Shown here: positions 46,781-56,436 of the stretch, one piece after another | Position numbering within the stretch: the first letter of the stretch is position 1 | Layout of the letters: each line of letters opens with the position of its first letter | From: a virus | Reading direction: 5' to 3' (one strand) | DNA length: 64,000 nucleotides | IMG/VR virus record: IMGVR_UViG_3300013093_000020 | Notes under the pieces: generated by a model | Database searches by the model: none | What the model was told of the DNA's origin: nothing | Seen by the model: the letters and a program-made list of their open reading frames with translations, nothing else | Program-made: the position numbers and the translations under genes

Positions 46781-47308
46781 TTATTCCGGTTGTAATTCAG
46801 CGTACACTGATAAGATAAATCTTGATTTGCCGTCCGGACATACTTGTCCTCGATGTGTATGAGTCCAAAATGTAGGAAAAATTATCATCCTTCCTTTTTT
46901 AGATAAAATTACTTCTCCATTATAGAATTCAGTTCCACAATTATGATTAGACAAATATACCAATGCACATAATATACGATAGGGATTTTTATATTCGTGT
47001 TCATGATGCCATCCACTAAAAGAATAGGATGGCGGAAAATGCTTAAATGCATAAGGTTGCATTAGCCAACGAGTATTTGTTAATTTTAATTCTGGATATA
47101 AATTAACATAATCTGCTACAATTTTTGAATTTAATTTATTTAAAATTTCTGCAATGTTGGGAGTTATGAACGGATAGTTAAAGTAATTACTTTCATATCC
47201 TAAATGAGTATTTAGATGATTGTCAAATGGAATTGAAACACCCTCAATTATGAGGGTGTCACATTCTTGTTCTGCAAGAGCATTGTCAATTGTTAGAATA
47301 TTTTGCAT
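46781..47308 (-). CDS. 2OG-Fe(II) oxygenase
   Basis: WHHE, R...LVYL, GTEF, FPTFWTHTHRG. Confidence 0.85.
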   Translation of the reverse strand: MQNILTIDNALAEQECDTLIIEGVSIPFDNHLNTHLGYESNYFNYPFITPNIAEILNKLNSKIVADYVNLYPELKLTNTRWLMQPYAFKHFPPSYSFSGWHHEHEYKNPYRILCALVYLSNHNCGTEFYNGEVILSKKGRMIIFPTFWTHTHRGQVCPDGKSRFILSVYAELQPE

Positions 47309-47339
47309 ACAACTATGTATGCCTAATACTGACTATCTC

Positions 47340-47675
47340 TTATTTTTCTGGGTCAACATCAGTCCAATTTTTGATGTCTTCATGCCACCACCACATGCCA
47401 GTTGTAGGCATTGGAACCGGTGGTTCCCAGTTACAAGTGTTTTCATCTAGTATCCAAGATGGATATGGTTGTGGATGATAAAATGCATCTCTATCTTTAT
47501 CATAAATCATGCCGCGAGTCGCCATATTTTTTCTATGGAGTGCTGTGCCGCCAGATCCATGCCATGTTTCTAGCCATGTTCCACCATGGACAGCCGCTTC
47601 TTCTGGAGTAGCGACTATTACTTGTGTTACGACGTTATTTTCGTCTAGTTGTGCTGAATATCTAATTATGCTCAT
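47340..47675 (-). CDS. Small partner protein of the glycine-rich fibre proteins
   Basis: AQLDENNVVTQVIV, RKN.A..G..YD..RDAF..PQPYPSWILDE..C.W.PPVPMP; coupled to the Gly-rich genes. Confidence 0.75.
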   Translation of the reverse strand: MSIIRYSAQLDENNVVTQVIVATPEEAAVHGGTWLETWHGSGGTALHRKNMATRGMIYDKDRDAFYHPQPYPSWILDENTCNWEPPVPMPTTGMWWWHEDIKNWTDVDPEK

Positions 47676-48667
47676 ATGTAGTACCTTATAATAACTGCTC
47701 CCTGGCAGCCTCCGCCACTGTATCGTTGATCTCCACCAAGTCCACCGCCACCTGATCCAAATGTTTGACCATCACTAGGTCCGGTTTGACCAGAACCTAA
47801 ACCTCCATTGAATTCTAATGATGCATGGCCGCCACCGCCTTGACCGCCGGGCCCAGGCCATGTCATAGCTGGCCCTTGGACTCCGCCGCCGCCGCCTGCG
47901 GCAACCATATACCCTAATTCTGCAATCATAATGCCGGGCCCGCCTCGGCCGCCGCCTGGACCAGCACCAGAATTCACTGCTGAATTTCCGGCTCCACCTG
48001 CGCCGCCACCTCCGGCAGCAACATAATTACCGCTAGCGCCGCTAATTGACCCGTTGACATAATTAATACCGTTACCTCCGGGATAACCTTGTCCTGGTGT
48101 ACCTGCACCACCTGCGCCGGTGCCATAACTGCCGCCTCCTCCTGAACCATACGACCCACTGCCTCCGTGAGCTGTACTATTTCTATTTCCTTCACCGTTG
48201 CCACCTCCACCTCCATAAGCGGTAATTGTAGTTCCTGCATAGGTGAATGTAGTGTTGTTACCGTCACTGTAAGTACTGTCAGTTGGGCCGTATAATGCCG
48301 CGCCACCTGCGCCCACCGAATATGTTGCTGTGGCATATGATGAATTATAGTTAAATGTAGTCCAATTAAGAACGCCACCAGAGCCACCGCCACCTGCAGC
48401 TGTTCCAATTCCGCCAGCAGCTCCACCACCAATTAATAGGACATCCCATGTAGTAAGGCCACCAGGAACAGTCCAAGTAGTGCCACTAGTTAAAACAACT
48501 ACTCGCTTACTACTCATGTTTACCCAACCTGTACCGTTATAATATTCTGCAAAACCTGTTGTAGAATTATGTCTTAACATACCAACCGTTGGGGATGGTC
48601 TATTACCTGTTGTATCAGACGGTAATAAAATACCTTCGTTGCCTAATGATGTTGATGTGTTTGCCAT
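47672..48667 (-). CDS. Glycine-rich virion adhesin-like protein, paralog 3
   Basis: N-terminal LPSDTT.NRP..GM.R.NSTTGFAEYYNGTGW module; poly-Gly tracts; C-terminal G.VIIRY. Confidence 0.8.
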   Translation of the reverse strand: MANTSTSLGNEGILLPSDTTGNRPSPTVGMLRHNSTTGFAEYYNGTGWVNMSSKRVVVLTSGTTWTVPGGLTTWDVLLIGGGAAGGIGTAAGGGGSGGVLNWTTFNYNSSYATATYSVGAGGAALYGPTDSTYSDGNNTTFTYAGTTITAYGGGGGNGEGNRNSTAHGGSGSYGSGGGGSYGTGAGGAGTPGQGYPGGNGINYVNGSISGASGNYVAAGGGGAGGAGNSAVNSGAGPGGGRGGPGIMIAELGYMVAAGGGGGVQGPAMTWPGPGGQGGGGHASLEFNGGLGSGQTGPSDGQTFGSGGGGLGGDQRYSGGGCQGAVIIRYYI

Positions 48668-48675
48668 ATGTTATC

Positions 48676-49632
48676 TCAGTTATAATATCTAATAACGACT
48701 GCGCCTTGTGCGCCTGCACCTGAAGGAAAATTCCAATCACTGCCACATCCGCCACCGCCTGCACCAAATGCTTGCCCTCCGGTCGTAGCATAAGAACCAT
48801 ACCCGGTAGCATTACTACCTGTACTTGTGCCGGGTCCGCCCCCGCCAAGTCCGCCTTTCCCCGCCCATTGACGAGCTTGCGTTCCGCCACCGCCACCACC
48901 AGCTACTGCAAACCCCAATTCAGGAATAAAAATACCTGGTCCGCCGCCGCCGCCACCATAACTGTCTCCGGTATTGCCAGGACCGCCCGCACCACCGCCA
49001 CCTGATCCTATCCACGGGTTAGCTTGATTTGTTCCTGAACCGCCGGGGTAACCTTGGCCTGATGTTCCCGGGTTTGAGCCGCCTGACCCATATGATCCGC
49101 CCCCACCCGAACCAAATGTTCCTGATTGGGTTGTGTTTCTGTTACCTTCTCCCTGGCCGCCACCTCCGCCATAGGCGGTAATTGCAGAACCTGCATAAGT
49201 GAATGTAGTATTGCTTCCGTTGTTATAGATTGTATCGTTTGAACCACTAATACCTGCACCACCTGCACCTACTGAATATGTTGCTGTAGTATATGAAGAG
49301 TTGTAGTTAAAGGTTGTCCATTGTAGTACTCCGCCAGCACCGCCTCCACCAGCAGCTGTTCCAATCGATCCAGCACCTCCACCAGCAATCAGCAACACAT
49401 CCCATGTAGTAATTCCTGGAGGTATAGTCCAAGTAGTACCGCTAGTTAATACAACAACTTGTTTATTTGCTCCGGTGACCCAACCGGTGCCATTATAATA
49501 TTCAGGAAACCCTGTTGTGGTATTAATTCTATGTTGGCCAGCAGTACCTGTTGGTCTGTTTGTTGTTGTATCTGCTGGAAAAGTAACTGCTTGGTTACCT
49601 AAAACTACCGAATTGTTGACTGGAATTGCCAT
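48676..49632 (-). CDS. Glycine-rich virion adhesin-like protein, paralog 2
   Basis: Same architecture as its neighbours. Confidence 0.8.
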   Translation of the reverse strand: MAIPVNNSVVLGNQAVTFPADTTTNRPTGTAGQHRINTTTGFPEYYNGTGWVTGANKQVVVLTSGTTWTIPPGITTWDVLLIAGGGAGSIGTAAGGGGAGGVLQWTTFNYNSSYTTATYSVGAGGAGISGSNDTIYNNGSNTTFTYAGSAITAYGGGGGQGEGNRNTTQSGTFGSGGGGSYGSGGSNPGTSGQGYPGGSGTNQANPWIGSGGGGAGGPGNTGDSYGGGGGGPGIFIPELGFAVAGGGGGGTQARQWAGKGGLGGGGPGTSTGSNATGYGSYATTGGQAFGAGGGGCGSDWNFPSGAGAQGAVVIRYYN

Positions 49633-49644
49633 AGTTTATATCCT

Positions 49645-50616
49645 TTACAGTATATATCGTATTACAACACAACCCTGGTACCCAGCTCCAGTTGCACAAT
49701 AGTCACTGCCACATCCACCTCCGCCTGCACCAAATGCTTGCCCGTCTTCAGCCCATAGGTAGCACCCGTTACCGTATCCTGGATTAGCTGCAGTACCGTC
49801 TTCATATGTGGAAGATCCCCTGCCACCACCACCTAAACCACCGACTCCGCCAGTTTGAAAGCCTTGTTGGCCACCCCCACCCCCACCACATACTGCCAAA
49901 CCTAATTCAGCAATAAAAACTCCATCCCCGCCTTTACCAGGTCCGTAAGGATTGTTGCCTTGAGCTCCAGCGCCTCCAGCGCCTCCACCTCCGCTACTTG
50001 GCCACGGATTAGCTTGATTTGATCCGGCACCTCCCGGATAACCTTGACCAGATGTTCCAGGTGTTGCCGAACCAGTTCCGTAACTGCCGCCTCCACCTGA
50101 ACCAAATGTGCCAGTACGACTAGTATTTCTTTGTCCTTCACCGTTACCACCACTTCCGCCATAGGCAGTGATTGTAGTTCCTGCATAGGTAAATGTGGTA
50201 TTGCTTCCGTCATTCCAGGTCGTATCTGTAGTACCAAATAAAGAAGCACCACCTGCACCTACTGAATATGTTGCTGTGGCATATGAAGAGTTGTAGTTAA
50301 ATGTAGTCCAATTTAATAATCCGCCTGCACCACCACCACCACCACTTGATCCAACTCCGCCTGCTCCGCCACCACCAATTAATAGGACATCCCATGTTGT
50401 AAGACCACTAGGGACTGTCCAAGTTGTTCCACTTGTTAGCACTAGCACTTGTTTATTAGCTCTAGTAACCCAGCCTGTGCCGTTATAAACTTCAATAAAA
50501 TTAGTAGTAGTATTGAATCTAGTCATTCCGGCAACAGGACTAGCTGGCCTATTTGTAGTCGAGTCTGAAGGAAGGGTAATTGATTCATTACCTAATACTG
50601 TGTAATTATTTGCCAT
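49645..50616 (-). CDS. Glycine-rich virion adhesin-like protein, paralog 1
   Basis: Same architecture as its neighbours. Confidence 0.8.
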   Translation of the reverse strand: MANNYTVLGNESITLPSDSTTNRPASPVAGMTRFNTTTNFIEVYNGTGWVTRANKQVLVLTSGTTWTVPSGLTTWDVLLIGGGGAGGVGSSGGGGGAGGLLNWTTFNYNSSYATATYSVGAGGASLFGTTDTTWNDGSNTTFTYAGTTITAYGGSGGNGEGQRNTSRTGTFGSGGGGSYGTGSATPGTSGQGYPGGAGSNQANPWPSSGGGGAGGAGAQGNNPYGPGKGGDGVFIAELGLAVCGGGGGGQQGFQTGGVGGLGGGGRGSSTYEDGTAANPGYGNGCYLWAEDGQAFGAGGGGCGSDYCATGAGYQGCVVIRYIL

Positions 50617-51655
50617 TGATTATACCTTTTAACGTCTCTACTTCTGCTCGCAACTCTTTAATTGCTTCAATTAATAGTGGAGCAAATCTATCATATTGGA
50701 CTGTTAAATATTTACTGTCAATAGGTGCTGGTGGTACAATTTCTGGCAAAACTTTTTGTGTACTTTGCGCACTAACACCAACTTCGCGTTTTACAGGATA
50801 TCCCAATGCTTGTGCTGTTTCATTAGCTTCATAATAGAATCCTTCTAATGAACATACTTTATCTAAGGCGTTTTCAATTTGACCTAAACGAGTTTTTAAA
50901 TTGTCATCTGAATAGTAAGCTGTTATTTGTCCAGTAGCACGGATTTCGCCTGATGTGCCGCTTGCTGATGTACCAACACCTAAGCTAGTTGTTTGCAGGT
51001 TAGTTAAAATGCCAACTGAAGTAATTGATGTTTGTGCAGCTGTGTTGATTGTTCCAGTAAATGATGTTGCTGTTACAGATCCACCAAAATTAGCCGCTCC
51101 ACTTGCGCCTAACCCGCCAGTGATGACCACAGTACCAGTACCAGTAGTTGTACTAGCAGTACCTGCTGAAAATGTAACTTGCCCTGTAGCAGTTAAAGCT
51201 AAAAAGCTACCTGCAGCTTTTGTAGTTCCTCCGACAGTTACATTATCCATTGTACCTGTACCAGTACTTGTTAATGTAATTAACCCACCTGTAAGACTAC
51301 TTGCACCGTTGACTGTTAATGCACTAGTTACAATGGGTCCACCATCTTCATTTAAAATAATATAGTTTGTGCCGTCTGACACAATTTCAATTGTTGCTCC
51401 AGCTGGTAGTGTTTGGCTTGATGTGCCACTTGACCCGCTACCGTTAAAAACACCTGTAGGGCTAGCAAGTGTTATTACGCCGCTAGTTGAATTGAAAAAT
51501 TGTTGTAGTTGTCCCGGAAATGATGCAGGGGGCGGAACAGTAACCGTATACGGAGCTGTTCCAGTTAACTCAGTAAATGCTCCTGAGTTAGGTGTCGCAA
51601 TAGTAGCAGTTGTACTAATGCTACTGCTTGTTTGTGTCGAGTTATATCTTGCCAT
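50606..51655 (-). CDS. Tail fibre protein with C-terminal intramolecular chaperone (peptidase S74)
   Basis: YYSDDNLK cleavage motif, GVSAQ..LPEIV, Y....PLLIEAIKEL coiled coil; MARYN N-domain shared with 56433..57365; TAAATA at 51683-51688. Confidence 0.88.
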   Translation of the reverse strand: MARYNSTQTSSSISTTATIATPNSGAFTELTGTAPYTVTVPPPASFPGQLQQFFNSTSGVITLASPTGVFNGSGSSGTSSQTLPAGATIEIVSDGTNYIILNEDGGPIVTSALTVNGASSLTGGLITLTSTGTGTMDNVTVGGTTKAAGSFLALTATGQVTFSAGTASTTTGTGTVVITGGLGASGAANFGGSVTATSFTGTINTAAQTSITSVGILTNLQTTSLGVGTSASGTSGEIRATGQITAYYSDDNLKTRLGQIENALDKVCSLEGFYYEANETAQALGYPVKREVGVSAQSTQKVLPEIVPPAPIDSKYLTVQYDRFAPLLIEAIKELRAEVETLKGIINGK

Positions 51656-51778
51656 GTTTTAGTCTCACAGTGGTATTCAATGTATTTATCGAAATACTAG
51701 CTTTACGCTTTATGGCTTTAAGAAAGTGCCAATATTAGATATTTATCTTAGCGTAAGCCCTGTGAGCACTAACACATG

Positions 51779-52477
51779 TTATTTGTAAGTTTTGTCTTGC
51801 CAAAATTCCTTGCGATATCCGCCTATAATATGTGTTTCATGTTGCATACGCTGACGTTCTTGATCTAGCAAATCTTGTTCAGTTTCGCCGACAATTTTAC
51901 TGGTCCAATGATCTCTAGAAAAGGGAATTATTTGACAAAGTGGGTCACCTTTTTTAATTTCTAGGGTGGTGTATTTTTTCATTACAATAATAAAATGTAC
52001 ACGCTGATAAAACACATCGGTGTCAACAACACCTTCGTAGACTTTGTGATTTAGTTCAGGGCGCCATTTAGGATTAGTAATCAGGGTGCTAGTTCCCTCA
52101 CTGGTCTTTATAGTCCAGGGGGTAATAATACGGATAAACACCTTCTCGTCTGTGGAATCAAATTGATATTTTTTACTCATTTCTGGCGAGAAAATATCAA
52201 ACATAGGCGGTTTCCAATTAGTTTCAACCGTATTTTGTCCGTCTTGTTTAAGATGTATGGAAAAATCACACCATGAAGGAACTACATATCCTAGACTAAA
52301 TGCATCTATGATACCAGGACATGTTTTCATAGAAACATTTCCTGCTACCGAGTCATTGTTTTCGTCGGATTTTAATGGCATTTTACTAAACCACTTGGGT
52401 ATAAATGAGTTTGCAGGTACTGGCTCTGGGATAATGCCAATTAATTTTGGATCTGCTCGGAATTCTATTTGGTGCAT
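51779..52477 (-). CDS. Hypothetical protein of a family often found among phage oxygenase genes
   Basis: P.PA...IPKWF, MKTCPGIIDAFSLGY, PW.IKT..G, GVVDTD, KGDPLCQIIPF.R, Y.K.FW..K. Confidence 0.75.
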   Translation of the reverse strand: MHQIEFRADPKLIGIIPEPVPANSFIPKWFSKMPLKSDENNDSVAGNVSMKTCPGIIDAFSLGYVVPSWCDFSIHLKQDGQNTVETNWKPPMFDIFSPEMSKKYQFDSTDEKVFIRIITPWTIKTSEGTSTLITNPKWRPELNHKVYEGVVDTDVFYQRVHFIIVMKKYTTLEIKKGDPLCQIIPFSRDHWTSKIVGETEQDLLDQERQRMQHETHIIGGYRKEFWQDKTYK

Positions 52478-52497
52478 GCGTTCTCCACTTTCTTTTT

Positions 52498-52526
52498 ATT
52501 ATATGATATTATCATAATTATGTCAA
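52498..52526 (-). promoter_or_regulatory. sigma70-type promoter
   Basis: TTGACA-17-TATAAT, perfect consensus, on -. Confidence 0.88.
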
Positions 52527-52540
52527 GAAAATCTAGTCAA

Positions 52541-52571
52541 TAAAAAACCCCACCAAAAGTGGGGTTGTTTA
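52541..52571 (-). terminator. Rho-independent terminator
   Basis: AACCCCAC-TTTTG-GTGGGGTTTTTT on -. Confidence 0.82.
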
Positions 52572-52584
52572 TATATAAGAAAAA

Positions 52585-52914
52585 TTAAGCGTAGGTTGCG
52601 TTTTTAAATCTAGCAATTTCGCGAACTAGATATTCATAGCAAACAGTATAAATGTCCTTGGCTTCAAATGTGCTAGGCACATAATAACCATGTTCTTCAA
52701 TAGGTGCATTTCCTGCATCTGCTGATGCTTTATCAATAAATGTTTCAGTTCTAAACTGAATACTGTGTGTACCACGAATAGTAGGTACTGCATCCGGTGT
52801 TAGCGGAGTATTATATGTCGTCTGACGAAATACTTTAACGTCTGTTACACGAGTGTAGCTCTGTGGAGCTGGAACATTAAATCTATTGTCTGACCAATCT
52901 ACGATAAGTGCCAT
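52585..52914 (-). CDS. Small protein, putative fibre assembly partner
   Basis: Last gene of the three-paralog operon; Y.YL....F.NA C-terminus; AAGGA SD. Confidence 0.7.
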   Translation of the reverse strand: MALIVDWSDNRFNVPAPQSYTRVTDVKVFRQTTYNTPLTPDAVPTIRGTHSIQFRTETFIDKASADAGNAPIEEHGYYVPSTFEAKDIYTVCYEYLVREIARFKNATYA

Positions 52915-52948
52915 GTTAAAAATCCTTATATAATTTATTTATCTCTTT

Positions 52949-53566
52949 TTACAGCAGGGCTATTTGGTATTTACCAGTAATACTAGTCACTGGGCTAAAA
53001 TAGTTAGATAGCCATTCTACATCAAATGTTGTTGTAACATACCCACCAAAACTTGCTATTACGGGGTATGTATAGTAGTCAGTATCCACAGTATTTCCGC
53101 TACGGGTTATAGTGCCCAGGCTTAGGGAAGCAGTAGGGCCGCCAGCTACTGAAATTGGATTGTATTGATAAGGAGTCCAATTTCCGCTGGCAGATCCGTC
53201 ACTGTTATAAAAGTAGTCACCAAACCCTGATCCTAGATAGCTGTAACCTCGTATGTAGACTCGGATACTGTTTTGACTCCAGCCGTAGTTAGGTGTGGCT
53301 GTTAATATGGTATATGTACCACTGCCGCTACCGCCCGGGCTTCCGATATTTTTTGTTGCTCTGCGATATACATTTCCGCCACGGGTTATTGAAGGCATTT
53401 CTGTCCAACTGTTGCCAAGACTATATGCAAATGATTGCTGTACATCAGGTACTTGCATCTCGCCAGAACTAGTCCAAGCAAACACCGACCTAGTACCATC
53501 ATTAAATGTAACTGAACTACCGTCACTGGTAACGGTGCCAGGCGTTGATCCTATGTTTAAACTCAT
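52949..53566 (-). CDS. Beta-rich virion protein, ~205-aa paralog 3
   Basis: MSLNIG N-terminus, TPNYGWS, C-terminal PVTSITGKYQIALL. Confidence 0.75.
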   Translation of the reverse strand: MSLNIGSTPGTVTSDGSSVTFNDGTRSVFAWTSSGEMQVPDVQQSFAYSLGNSWTEMPSITRGGNVYRRATKNIGSPGGSGSGTYTILTATPNYGWSQNSIRVYIRGYSYLGSGFGDYFYNSDGSASGNWTPYQYNPISVAGGPTASLSLGTITRSGNTVDTDYYTYPVIASFGGYVTTTFDVEWLSNYFSPVTSITGKYQIALL

Positions 53567-53578
53567 AATTAATCTCGT

Positions 53579-54190
53579 TTAATAAAATACTATTTGGTAA
53601 GGTCCGGTAATACTAGTTACTGGACTAAAATTAAACCATTCTACTTCAATACCTCCACCCGCCCATGAAGACATGCTTAACTGTATGCTACAGTTAACGC
53701 GGCTAGCATCGTCATATGCGCTAGTACCGGAGACAGGAGTATTATCTGTAATAGTTGGAGTGTTTAGGCCAACGCCGCCTGACGGTCCTTGTAGCGTAAA
53801 TAATTGACATTTGTAATCGCCGGCAGTTGACGATATCATATACTTGGCCTGCCCGGCGCCTTGATAATAGTTATTGTAAAGTGTAAATGTACAGTAGTAA
53901 GAGGACCATCCATGGTTAGGAGTTATGGCAAACATAGTTTGATTATAACCTGGGGATCCACCACCTGCTAGATTAGTTTTGTACATTTTATATGTAGTAC
54001 CAAAGCCTTTGATTTCAGAAGTTGAATATTGCCAACCATTACCAAATGAACGACTAGTTGGGTACAGGCCAGTAAGTGTCGGCTTGCCTGTTGAATCTGT
54101 TGTGAAGTAATTAGTTGATGCTGAATTAGCAACTGTAAAATTACCGCTACCATTACCGCTTAACGATGCACCATTAATATTAATACTCAT
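53579..54190 (-). CDS. Beta-rich virion protein, ~205-aa paralog 2
   Basis: MSINING, TPNHGWS, PVTSITGPYQIVFY. Confidence 0.75.
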   Translation of the reverse strand: MSININGASLSGNGSGNFTVANSASTNYFTTDSTGKPTLTGLYPTSRSFGNGWQYSTSEIKGFGTTYKMYKTNLAGGGSPGYNQTMFAITPNHGWSSYYCTFTLYNNYYQGAGQAKYMISSTAGDYKCQLFTLQGPSGGVGLNTPTITDNTPVSGTSAYDDASRVNCSIQLSMSSWAGGGIEVEWFNFSPVTSITGPYQIVFY

Positions 54191-54203
54191 TGTTTATTTC
54201 CAA

Positions 54204-54827
54204 TTATAGTAAAGCAACTTGCCATTTACCAGTGATACTACTAACAAGGCTTTGCACGTTTTGATCAAATTCTAATTCAACACAAACACCTGAATATGCC
54301 GCCACATTATAAGACAAGGTCACATCATAGTATCCACTATCTGGATAACCACCTACCTGCGTTTGTGTGCCTAGTGTAGGCGCGGTTGATCCTTGATATC
54401 CACCAGTCGGTGTTTGCCATGTGGCAATAGCCTGCGAGTATGAACCGCCGCCGCAGTAGATCAACCAAGAGCCTATGCCTAGCCCGTTATATCGATCGTT
54501 GGTTATTGTCATCTTCATAAAGTATTGAGTCCACCCGTCCGACGGGGTAAATCTAAATATTGGGTAATTTACTGCCGAGCCGCCTGTGGTGAATATTTTA
54601 CTAACACGCATGAGCGTAGGAGTATTACCACCCACATAGTATTCGTCGTGAATATTCCAGCTAGTGCCGCCAGGAGCAGATCTACCAGTGACGTTCCACT
54701 GACCCATGCTAACATCGCCGCTTGAATTAGAAGATAATAATGTTGTGCTTGAACCAGATGCAGTTCCCTGTACCGTAAAACTAGTACTACCGCTGCTCAG
54801 TGTGGTTCCGTTTATGTTAAAAGCCAT
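54204..54827 (-). CDS. Beta-rich virion protein, ~205-aa paralog 1
   Basis: MAFNING, TPSDGWT, VSSITGKWQVALL; TAAATA at 54854-54859, GGAG SD. Confidence 0.75.
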   Translation of the reverse strand: MAFNINGTTLSSGSTSFTVQGTASGSSTTLLSSNSSGDVSMGQWNVTGRSAPGGTSWNIHDEYYVGGNTPTLMRVSKIFTTGGSAVNYPIFRFTPSDGWTQYFMKMTITNDRYNGLGIGSWLIYCGGGSYSQAIATWQTPTGGYQGSTAPTLGTQTQVGGYPDSGYYDVTLSYNVAAYSGVCVELEFDQNVQSLVSSITGKWQVALL

Positions 54828-54921
54828 TTATGCGTACTCCGCTGTATTATAACTATTTATCACTTTAGACTATCATCAAGTTTTCCAGCTGTTAAATATG
54901 CTGTTAATATAGGATCCCAAC

Positions 54922-56436
54922 ATGAAAGTGAATCGAGTCAAAGAAATTTGTATTGTAGGAGGCGGAACTGCTGGCTGGCTTACAGCGGCATTTATCAAGC
55001 GTAATTTGCCCATGATAAATTTAACCTTAATTGAAAGCCCAAATATTCCTACTGTAGGAGTTGGCGAAGCAACCATATTAAACTTTGATAAATTTTTAAA
55101 ATCATGTGGATTTGAAAAAGCAGAATGGATGCAGGCTGCAGATGCTGTATACAAGGCCGGTATTTTTAGTCCTAATTGGCGAGGAAACGACATTAATATT
55201 TGGCATCAATTTAGTCAGACTCCCAAGCAAGATCACTTTACCACAGCAGTTGACCTATTTTACAACACAGATTTCAGTGATGAATCATACTATCAACTAG
55301 CGCAGATGGACTATGATACTTGCGTATTGCACAACAAAATCCCCAATGCCGATCAGATGGCCTTTCACCTAGATGCTGTAAAACTTGCTAACTGGGTTAG
55401 TTCAAAAGTTGCACCCCACATTAAACATTATCAAGAAAATGTTGAAAATGTCGTAGTTGAGGACGGTGTAATATCTAAGATATTTGTCACTAATCTCGGC
55501 GAAGTCACAGCAGATTTGTTTATCGATTGTACTGGATTTAAACGATTGTTGTCTGGAGCCCTTCCTGGCAGTGAGTATGTTAATAAATCTTACTGCTTAC
55601 CTAATAATGCGGCCATTGCAACTCCTGTAGAATATGAAAATCCTGAAACAGAAATGAAACCTTATACCACTGCTCAGGCCATGGAACATGGTTGGATGTG
55701 GAAAACTCCGATTCAGACAAGAATAGGCAGTGGATTGGTCTACAACAGAGATTTGCTTGACGAGCAAGGCGCTATTGATTTGTTTGTACAACACTGGGGA
55801 GAAAAGCGTTTAAAGACTGGTGTTTTTAATCGTATCAAATGGGAACCAGAATACAATGCTTGCAATTGGCGTGGCAATGTTGTTAGTATAGGACTGGCTA
55901 GTGGATTTTTAGAACCCTTAGAAAGTACTGGCCTCGCACTAATCACCGACGGTGTTGTCCTATTGCACAACATGATATCTAAATTATTTTACACACAGAC
56001 CGAACGAGATATTTTTAATAATAGACTAGAACTGTTATACGACGATGCCACTGATTTTGTGGGGCTACATTATATGAATAATCAAAGATCGAGTGTATAC
56101 TGGGATCAAGTCCGTGCTAATTGGCGCCCTAGCGAAACTCTGCAAATGAAAATAGATCTTCATCAGGAAGATCTAACAAGACCTCAAAGCACAAATGATT
56201 ATTTAATATTCGGTCATCACAGCTGGAACATCTGGTTACACAGTGTCGGTATCAAAGGTAAACCGACGCCTATACACACTCCTGTGGTAAAAGACATGTT
56301 GATTAATTTCTATTTAAAACATAACAAGTATCAGCACACTAAATGTCCAACAAATTATGAGATTATGATGCAAAATAAGGAAACTATTCTTCACAAACAG
56401 TTTCCTTATGAGCTTGCTAGCGGATTAAAAGTTTAA
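54922..56436 (+). CDS. Flavin-dependent tryptophan halogenase family (PrnA-like) protein
   Basis: IVGGGTAGW, VGVGEAT, catalytic-Lys region VYKAGI, AFHLDA, FIDCTGF, GWMWKTP, GFLEPLESTG. Confidence 0.92.
   Translation: MKVNRVKEICIVGGGTAGWLTAAFIKRNLPMINLTLIESPNIPTVGVGEATILNFDKFLKSCGFEKAEWMQAADAVYKAGIFSPNWRGNDINIWHQFSQTPKQDHFTTAVDLFYNTDFSDESYYQLAQMDYDTCVLHNKIPNADQMAFHLDAVKLANWVSSKVAPHIKHYQENVENVVVEDGVISKIFVTNLGEVTADLFIDCTGFKRLLSGALPGSEYVNKSYCLPNNAAIATPVEYENPETEMKPYTTAQAMEHGWMWKTPIQTRIGSGLVYNRDLLDEQGAIDLFVQHWGEKRLKTGVFNRIKWEPEYNACNWRGNVVSIGLASGFLEPLESTGLALITDGVVLLHNMISKLFYTQTERDIFNNRLELLYDDATDFVGLHYMNNQRSSVYWDQVRANWRPSETLQMKIDLHQEDLTRPQSTNDYLIFGHHSWNIWLHSVGIKGKPTPIHTPVVKDMLINFYLKHNKYQHTKCPTNYEIMMQNKETILHKQFPYELASGLKV

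Noticed and set aside
47672-54827. Diversity-generating retroelement acting on the paralogous tip genes
   Set aside because: No reverse transcriptase in the window and no non-coding template repeat; shared blocks are within coding paralogs
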